Positions 55,635-64,000 of a stretch of 64,000 nt of DNA are shown one piece after another (within the stretch, counting starts at the first letter, position 1; each line of letters begins with the position of its first letter). The position numbers and the translations under genes were made by a program. The stretch spans positions 5,766,001 through 5,830,000 of the forward strand of contig NC_087262.1 in assembly GCF_037042905.1 (NCBI RefSeq). Reading direction: 5' to 3'. Source of the DNA: Lytechinus pictus. Its lineage: Eukaryota. Below the pieces are notes generated by a model. That model was not told the origin of the DNA. It saw only the letters and a program-made list of their open reading frames with translations, and did not search any database.

Positions 55635-55652
55635 GTAAAGCCCTTAGATTTG
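55635..55652 (+). CDS. PPP3CA: Candidate 18-nt microexon (G/S-KALRF) or recursive-splice exon
   Basis: About 70-nt AG-free pyrimidine-rich tract, tcag acceptor, TTG|gtatgt donor, phase 1-1. The exon itself begins gtaaag. Confidence 0.5.
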
Positions 55653-57981
55653 GTATGTAGTTGATCCTGTCATATTTTTGTGTGTTGTGTTCACGTATAT
55701 TATTTCCAGGCGGTTTAAAATCAAACGTTATTCGAATTCTGACGAGAGTGAGTGTGAACGCAATAATCCTTTCCAACTGCGAGTGTGGATGCCATGTTTA
55801 GATCTATCATTTATAAAGAGCAGTTTTGGGTGCTCTAAATGGTAATATTATGTTCTCCACGAATCTTGGTGTAAATAGTTATTTATTTTTATTTTTTCCT
55901 CACAAAATCTGAGCAGAAATGTAAGTGTAAAAGAGATATGCCCAGACTGCCTGATAGTTTGATGATTTCTACCATGACGATACCAAAAAGTTAACATAAA
56001 TACGTTTTATTGAAATGTTTGTAATTTGTTCAAATTAGATTGACTTTCCTGATGAGGAAGTCTCATTGAGTAGTTTTGCTTCCGGTGCATGAGAATTTAA
56101 TCTGAATAAAAGTGTAGGAGGCCATAGTCATAGGTAGCCAAAAACTCAAAAGAAATATGAGAAGGGGATTCAACATTTTTATAACCTTGAAGATATAACT
56201 TTATTTTCCCCCACTCTCCATGCACTTTTCAATGTGTTCTTAATTCAGAACAAGAAATATCATTTATTAAAATTACTTTAAGGATTTCAAAAATGTGTAT
56301 GTAAACCAACTTTGAAATTGCCTTCTTTGTCAAAGTTTTAAATATTGTCTACAAAAATAATTATTGTAACTTTATTGAAGTATTTGTCCTGCGATAGCTG
56401 TATGTTTTTTTTTCTATACTGAAGTTTTGCCAACTGCTCACAGATGTCTTCACAGTTTCTCTTAGATTAAAACTGAAATAGAACTTTATTTCTTCCCTAA
56501 GATAAAGTGAATCAGTTGGGTGCATAAGAACTGGGGGGGGGGGGGGTGCTTAGATTGTATCTAGTGTTGAATTAATAGCATTAATATGATATAAGAGGAA
56601 ATCACCATTTAAAGAAAATTGATGTCATTTCCTTTCAAGCTAAGTTCAGAAGTAAAAGGTGTTTCATTGCTAATGAATGAATCCATTGGAGTGAGCTTCT
56701 TAAGATTGGTTTGAGCATGCTTGGAAGATTATAAGTATTTTAAATATTAAAAAAAAAATGATGCTAATTGAGCTCAGGGTAATATTTTTCTTTATAAAAA
56801 ATTAAATAACACAAGAAGAGAAGAAACCTAATGAATGGGAATATTCTAACTACAATACAAATTAATGTTATGATACACTCCAGTTTAACCTATTACCAAC
56901 TGGAACTGGACAATTCAAAGTCTATAGGAATTATAAAATTCAGTTGTCAGTTGGTTAAAGCTGTTATTAAAGAATTGGCGGGCAGATACTAGTCTGTTTA
57001 AGCTATGTTTGTTTTTTCCTTAAGTTTTTACTGTGCTCCTGTCTTGTGCTTGCCATGGTGAAGAAAATTATTGTAGGTAGCATTCCCAGACAATTTTTAA
57101 AGAATAATTTCAGTGCCAAATATGCTGTTAAAATGAAAATTTATTCTTATAGTCTTTGCCACATATGACATTTAGCTGTCCATAGTCAAAACTACAAGAA
57201 AGGAACACTAGTCATTTGTAATGTTGCTTGTAACTTACATCTTCATGAAACACCCACCTGGGACCATAAGTTTGATGGTAACAGAAGTATATGCCAGGGG
57301 GCCGTTTCATAAAGCTGTTCGTAAGTTAAGAGCAACTTTTAGAACAACTGGTGATCCTTTCTTACTCGCTAAATAATCATCAACATTTAATGGTGAATAT
57401 CATTTACCACAAGAAAGGATCACCAGTCGTTCTTGAAGTCGCTCTTAACTTACGAACACCTTTATGAAACGGCCCAAAGGCACCCAAATCTAACGCTTGA
57501 CTTGCTACCCTCTTCCAAAAAACAAACAAAACAAAAATTTAAAAAATATATACCTATAGAATATGGATGAATGAATGATGTGAAATAATGATTAACAAAA
57601 TGGTAAATAGAAGAAATGAAAAGAGAAGAAGAATTGAAGGAAAAACTGAAAAGACATTTTACAGAAAAATGAAATGAATTGTGCTAATGGGGAAAGAGTT
57701 TTGTTTAGACTGTGTGGAATTAGGGCACCAATTAGAAATTCATTCCATTGAATAATCTTTGGTTCGGGTTAGTGTACATTTGAAATGTGTTTCAAATATG
57801 TCTTATTTGATTACTGAGATGTTTGCCAAATTTGCAGCCCCCGTCTCCCCCACCCACCTGCTTAACAGCATGCTTGAGTGCTTATAATTTGAAGTGAACT
57901 TGAAGTGTATCTACTCTTTAAAGATAGGGAACGAGAAGGCATTTAAAATAAAATTGATTAACTAAATGTTTAAGATTTTTT

Positions 57982-58117
57982 NNNNNNNNNNNNNNNNNNN
58001 NNNNNNNNNNNNNNNNNNNNNNNNNNNNNNNNNNNNNNNNNNNNNNNNNNNNNNNNNNNNNNNNNNNNNNNNNNNNNNNNNNNNNNNNNNNNNNNNNNNN
58101 NNNNNNNNNNNNNNNNN
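57982..58117. other. Assembly gap
   Basis: N characters. Confidence 1.
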
Positions 58118-60633
58118 AAAGCTTGTTGGGGGAATCAACGTTGAGGAGAACAGTGGGGGTTATTCCAGGTGATGTGGAGAGGAGTTGGATCTCCGCTAGC
58201 GGCAACTATGATCAATGATCAAATTCCCCTTTGGTAGCATTTGATATAAAATAATAATTATTATATGAGTAATTGACAAGTGATTAAAGAAGTTATGTTT
58301 AAGATTTCCATTTGCTGTATATGAAATTGACTTATTAAGAATTAACTCTGAAATGGTCTAACAATGAGGATACGACTTCTGTAAAAAATGAAAAATAAAT
58401 AATAAATCTTTGATAAATAAAGGTATGATGAATAAGTGTTAACAATAAACCCTCATTAAAACCAAAAAAAGCTCATGTGAGTGAGTTTGGCACTTAAGGA
58501 AAACCTCTGAAATACTCCATTCTCTTCAAAGAAAATCCTGGATGAAGCAAAGATTTAGAGTGTTGAATAAATGTGTACCTAAGAAAGTTCCCTGTGGTAT
58601 GACATATCTAGTTGTGCTCTGTGTATGAAAAAAGAAATGTATCATTTGACAATCCAACACTTTTTTGCTACTCTCAACCCCTTTCTGCACAAGTTTTCAT
58701 TCAGGGCCATTTGCATAATATGTGTCATTTCACTTTGATTCATCATGTTTTAAGTGCTATTTTACATCATCATGGTTTCACATCATAAATGACAGATACC
58801 AATCTGGATATCAATTAAGGAATTTGTGTTACCTCATCAATTTAAGGTCATGTGAATTTGTGGTTGATCCTTGCAATCACTTGAACTACACTTAAAAAGT
58901 TTATAAGACGACACTTCTTTAGTTTTTCTTAAAGTACCATGCACATAATATAGCGATCAGTTTCAATACTTTTGAAAACAAAAATACATGATAAAGAACA
59001 CTTTCTTTCCATTTCTTCTCGTGAATTTGGTCATTCGATTTTCCATAAACAACCATTGTCCTCCCCATTTGTATTTTGCTGCCCAAATTTTTTGATGTCA
59101 TTATTGTAAATGGAAGTTGTTATTTAGATCAAATATATTTGATATTTCTTAATGATAGAACGTAGGTATAGGCCTAAGTGAATCAATGTTTTTATCATTT
59201 TGTTCTGCATATTCAGTGAGATTGGTATTATTTTTTTATAGAAAACATATTCAATTCAGAAGAATGAAAAGTTAATGTATATATTTATTTTAGCTGGGGC
59301 TTATTAGAGACAACTATCAGATCATTTCTTATTTAATGTCAAAGTTGATGAAAGTTTCAATGTTCTTCCTTGATTTTCTCTGTTTATTCACTCTGACTTT
59401 ACATGGTGGTGGACTTGGCCTGAATGATTATGATATTAATTTTCTTTCTTCCTGTAATATTCAACATCTCATCACCCCCGACCCCCCCCCACCGTTTTCC
59501 GTACTCCCTTTCAAATACTTACATCAAAGATCGTTTGGTACTTCATTCCATAACCTCCCTATGTCTTACATTTCTACTGGAATACTAAGTGTTTTCATAA
59601 TTGAAATCAGTTTGTCACAGTTTCACACAGTGTCTTATTATAACCAAGTTAGTGAAATTGTATATAGTGTAACAAATTTTGACCTAAGACTGTCGAATGT
59701 CTATAAATATCACAAGTTTCATAGTTCTTACGTCTCACTCCATTCGTTAGATAGGCCTATTGTATTGTCATGGTATGAATAAAAATGAATTCGGCTTTGT
59801 AATTTTAACCTCCAAAATGGTATTTTAACCAATTCATGTCAAAATTGTTTCCTCTTGAATTATTTTTTTGGCAGCTTGTGAAGAAAGGTGGCAAGTAATA
59901 GGGGAAACCAGTGTCCAGTAGTTGATTTGTCTGCATTTTTGGCACCTACTAAAACACCTACTAAAACAAAAACATAAACAAAAATGTGTCAAAAATAATA
60001 TTGCAATTCCTTTTCCCCACCACTGTAGCATGAATCCACACACTGTTATCCAGTAAAAATAGTTAGCATGAAATTATACTTAAAGGCCACCGCACACCCT
60101 ACGATTTGGGTGCGACTCGATTTTGGAATAAAATGTAGTAGAATTGATGATAATATTGTGACATGGAATATCTTACTGTATAATGCTCTAAATCATCTTC
60201 CGAATTTACCCATGTTCAAATCTGTGACTATGCTATCATCCTTATTAGAATAAAAGCAAACTTATCATCTAGTTATAATGATGTTATACCAATCATACGA
60301 TTGGTTACGATTTGACACCAATTTGGCCTTTACTCCAAAATAAAGACTTGCAATGACCAAAAGTGTTATATTAGTATCCTTACAGTTAAATATGAACCTG
60401 AAATAAAATGATACTTTTCATTCACATTTTCAGAAAATTAGCAAAATGTGATATGTTCCAAAAACGGATCGAAGGTGTGCGATGGCCTTTTCTTATTTGA
60501 TTATCCATGATTTTAAGTACATTTGTAAACCAAGGTTCAATTCACTTTACTCTGTTGAATGAGATAGATGTCTGGTTTCTAAGTGTAATGGTTAATATTT
60601 AAGAAGGCAACTCGGTCATAATTCCATGCTTGC

Positions 60634-61228
60634 AGGACAAATCCACCCGAGCAAAAAGTTGATTTGAATAAAAAGAGAAAAATCCAACAAGCATAACACT
60701 GAAAATTTCATCAAAATCGGATGTAAAATAAGAAAGTTATGACATTTCAAAATTTCGCTTAATTTCACTAAACAGTTATATGCACATCCTGGTTGGTATG
60801 CAAATGAGGAGACCAATGACGTCATCCACTCACTATTTCTTTTGTATTTTATTATATGAAATATTCTAGTTTTCCCCTCATTGTCAAATGGAACGATTAA
60901 TTCCTACCTGAACATGTGGAATTAGCATCGTTTGATACTATATGGTTCAGTCAAGTTGCTTCTTGTCAAATATATGAAAAATAAAATATTGTATAATTCA
61001 AACAATAAAAAACAAAAGAAATAGTGAGTGCAGGACATCATTGACTGTCTGTCTCATTTGCATGTCGCTGAATTTGGCATATATCACTTTTTTGTGAAAT
61101 ATAAGCGAAACTTTAAATTGTCATAACTTTATTATTTTCCATCCAATTTTGATGAAATATTCAGCGTTATGCTAGTTTGATTTGTCTGAATTTATTTAAA
61201 TAAACATTTTCTGAGGTGGACTTGTCCT
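60634..61228. mobile_element. Kolobok/T2-like MITE, opposite orientation to 8544-9143
   Basis: Same TIR family; right end gtggacttgtcct-ttaa. Confidence 0.85.
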
Positions 61229-63399
61229 TTAAAGAGTACTTGCAGCTCCCATCCTTTGTTAGTGTGCCAGTGTGAGACCTATGGGCAAGAAGAGGACCCC
61301 ATTACATGATGCTCAGCAATTGATTTTAGGGCTGAGTTTACGATTGATTTCATGGATTGATATGTGCAACTAATTGTTCATGTCAACTATACGATTGATT
61401 CCAAAGCTTTGTGTGGCGGGCCCTTTTTGTTTTGTGGCGAGCGCTAGCATAAAAGCTATTATGTACCTAGTGGGTGTTTCATAACGCTGTTTGTAACTTA
61501 AGAGCGACTTTAAGAATGACTGGTGAACCTTTCTTACGCACTAAATAATCACCAATGAACATTTATGGTGAATATCATTTGCCACAAGAAAGGATCACTA
61601 GTCGTTCTTAAAGTAACTCTTAACCTACAAACAGCTTTATGAAACGGTACCCGGTAATATCATCTACATTTTATGAATAGCTAGCGCTAAGAATTTCAAT
61701 TCAATTTCATTTGGTTTATTGTAGGGTCCGGATATAGACACGTACAAACTTCATGAAATTTTAGAAAAATACACAAAATAAACAAGTACTTGCAAATTCA
61801 CAAAATGCCAACAAATAACCATCACAATTATGTAAAAAGGTATCATAAATTAGATATTGCATTTTATGTTGATGTACTTGTATGCACTAATTCAAAAGTT
61901 AAAGTGAGAAATCAAATTTGAGCTATCAAAAATAAAAATTGATAATAAAATAACCCACAACATTGTTACGGTTTGCATTGACATGAGAAAGAAAACAAAT
62001 GTAAAAATGTAAGGATATATTGATTCTTTGTATTGAGGAACAATCGTAAATTTGGCAGAAATTAACAAATTGAGCCACTTCCCAACTAGCCTTGTTTGAA
62101 GGCTTCCATTGACTCACAATATTTTGGTGTAGGTGCTCGATACTCCGCCATGTACATATAGGTATGCTGTGATTTTCAAGTGTCTTCATTTGGTGTAATT
62201 AACACCAAAGATAACACCTGTTAAGACCATGTGGTGAAGGCGCGCTTTTATGTGCCGTGGCATTTTACATAAAAAAGTTGTGGTGGCAAACCAGAGCATG
62301 GGGTCCTATGAGAACTTTATCTTTCCTGCATTTCATAATCCAGTTATGACTCCAAAAACTTTAAAAATTCTTTGAAACTTAGACAGAAGGATGTTAATAA
62401 ATAACCAATTGACAATTCATCAATAATGCATTATTTTCTCTTTCTCACTTGTTTAAAAGTAACAATTTGCTAATTATGACAATTCATCAAGTACTTGAAA
62501 GTTTTTGTTTTACAATTCAAATCAACTTTTTGTTGGGGTGGACTTAAAACCTTTAAAGATGATGAAGGTTTGAAAATTTTCTCCTTTTTAAAAGTGTAGG
62601 AAATTATTTGGATGGGAACCAAAGGTTTTCATGAAAAGGTAACAGCTCACTGGGATGAATGTGGCATTAAGCACATCACAATTGATGTTTCTGATTTTGA
62701 ATTTGATCTTAGCTATTTGGGGAATTTTGGGGGAAATGCAGATCAATGATGGAGCCAAACACAGTTACCTGTCCAGCAAGACATTTTAATTGATTATTCA
62801 AGAATCAGAAATAGATTTGTCATTAAAATTTAAAACCTTGGTTATTTGAAATGTACATGTAACATGTCCAGTGAGATATAGATTCCTGTTTGTAAAAGCC
62901 CACCCATCAACAAAAACTGTATGTCTATTCAAAAGACGAGTTGTCCGTCGATACTTCATGCATTATTTCCAGAACTGTTGAAGTATGTACTTTGAACCTG
63001 TCTACCTAGAAGGTCAAACCTGCTCTGGTGACCTCCTCGTTAGCAATACCGCATGTCTTGAAAAGACCACAAGTTCTGTTTCCCCCTTTGAATTGTACCC
63101 CCATTGAAACCTCTCTATAAAGACCACCTGCTTTGATATTAAGACCACTTTTCTTGTCTTACTTTGGTGATCTATACAGGTTTAGTTATACCCTTGTCCC
63201 TCATATGAGTTGTAGCAGGTTTCACTGAGAAAGGTTTAACATTTTGCAAGGGCCCTGTAACATAGAGATTAGTGATCAATTGTCAGGCTCATTTTATGTC
63301 TGATCACTCGTAAAACTAAGCCCTACGATCAATCGCAAGTTTTTATGTCATAGGGGCCCTTGGTTCCCTTATGTGATTTGTACGATTGATTGCAATGAT

Positions 63400-63888
63400 A
63401 ATAGTGTCTGATTGATCGTAAATATCAACCGTATGATCAACTGCTGAGCTTTATCATTGTGTCTGATCGATCGTAAATATCAACCATACGATCAATCGCT
63501 GAGCATTATCATTGTGTCTGATCGCTCGTAAATATCAACCATACGATCAATCGCTGAGCATCATATTTTGTGTCTGATCGATCATAAATATCAACCATAC
63601 AATCTATTGCTGGGCTTTATAATTGTTTGATCGATCATAAATATCAACCACACGATCAGTCGCTGAGTATTATCATTATGTCTGATTGATCGTACATATC
63701 AACCGTATCATCAATCGCTGAGCATTATCATTGTGTCCGATCGATCCTAAATATCAACCACATGATCAATCGCTGAGCATTATCATTGTGTCTGATTGAT
63801 CGTTAATATCAACCGTACGATCAATTGCTGAGCATTATCATTGTTTCTGATCAATCATAAATATCAACCATACAATCAATCGCCGAGT
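63400..63888. repeat. Tandem repeat, ~55-bp unit, about 9 copies
   Basis: Repeated gtctgatcgatcgtaaatatcaaccatacgatcaatcgctgagcattatcattgt. Confidence 0.95.
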
Positions 63889-63977
63889 GTAATGTTACAT
63901 ATACCTGAAGCTTATTTACAATGGTGACAGGAATGCTAATGCTTTACTTCTTCTCCCCCTCTCCCTCTCTCTATCAG

Positions 63978-64000
63978 GTGGTTCAGCAGCGGCACGGAAA
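63978..64000 (+). CDS. PPP3CA: Calcineurin A exon, 5' part (GGSAAARK), start of calmodulin-binding region; truncated by window end
   Basis: gctaat branch point, long pyrimidine tract, atcag acceptor. AAARK precedes the CaM-binding helix in calcineurins. Confidence 0.92.

Noticed and set aside
59355-59540. 173-nt AG-free pyrimidine-rich run and the 148-aa ORF 59336-59782
   Set aside because: First AG is an AAG followed by an 8-nt segment and a weak donor; no frame-preserving exon could be defined, and the ORF resembles no protein I recognise.

Overview
AT-rich, repeat-dense animal genomic DNA. The repeat landscape resembles an echinoderm such as a sea urchin, but that is inference. The whole window lies inside one + strand gene for the calcineurin A catalytic subunit (PP2B, PPP3CA/B/C family). 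Seven complete exons and the first 23 nt of an eighth splice GT-AG and in frame, running from the phosphatase domain (RGNHE, HGGLSP, RAHEAQ, SAPNY) through the CnB-binding helix to the start of the calmodulin-binding segment (GSAAARK). The 5' and 3' exons lie outside the window. Introns hold MITEs, two inverted 1.8-kb hAT-like copies with 8-bp TSDs, a Helentron/HINE-like element, tRNA-derived SINEs, minisatellites and three assembly gaps. The main result is in the 27.8-kb intron between the CnB-binding and CaM-binding exons. It holds at least four frame-preserving phase-1 cassette/microexon candidates (51, 30, 12 and 18 nt) with Rbfox-like and Nova-like motif clusters, a 439-nt AG-depleted zone and a possible recursive splice site. 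Together these suggest combinatorial splicing of the calcineurin regulatory linker. Also notable: a triplication of an exon 3' end that leaves decoy donors, and the inverted transposon pair bracketing four catalytic exons. None of the alternative exons can be confirmed without RNA data.
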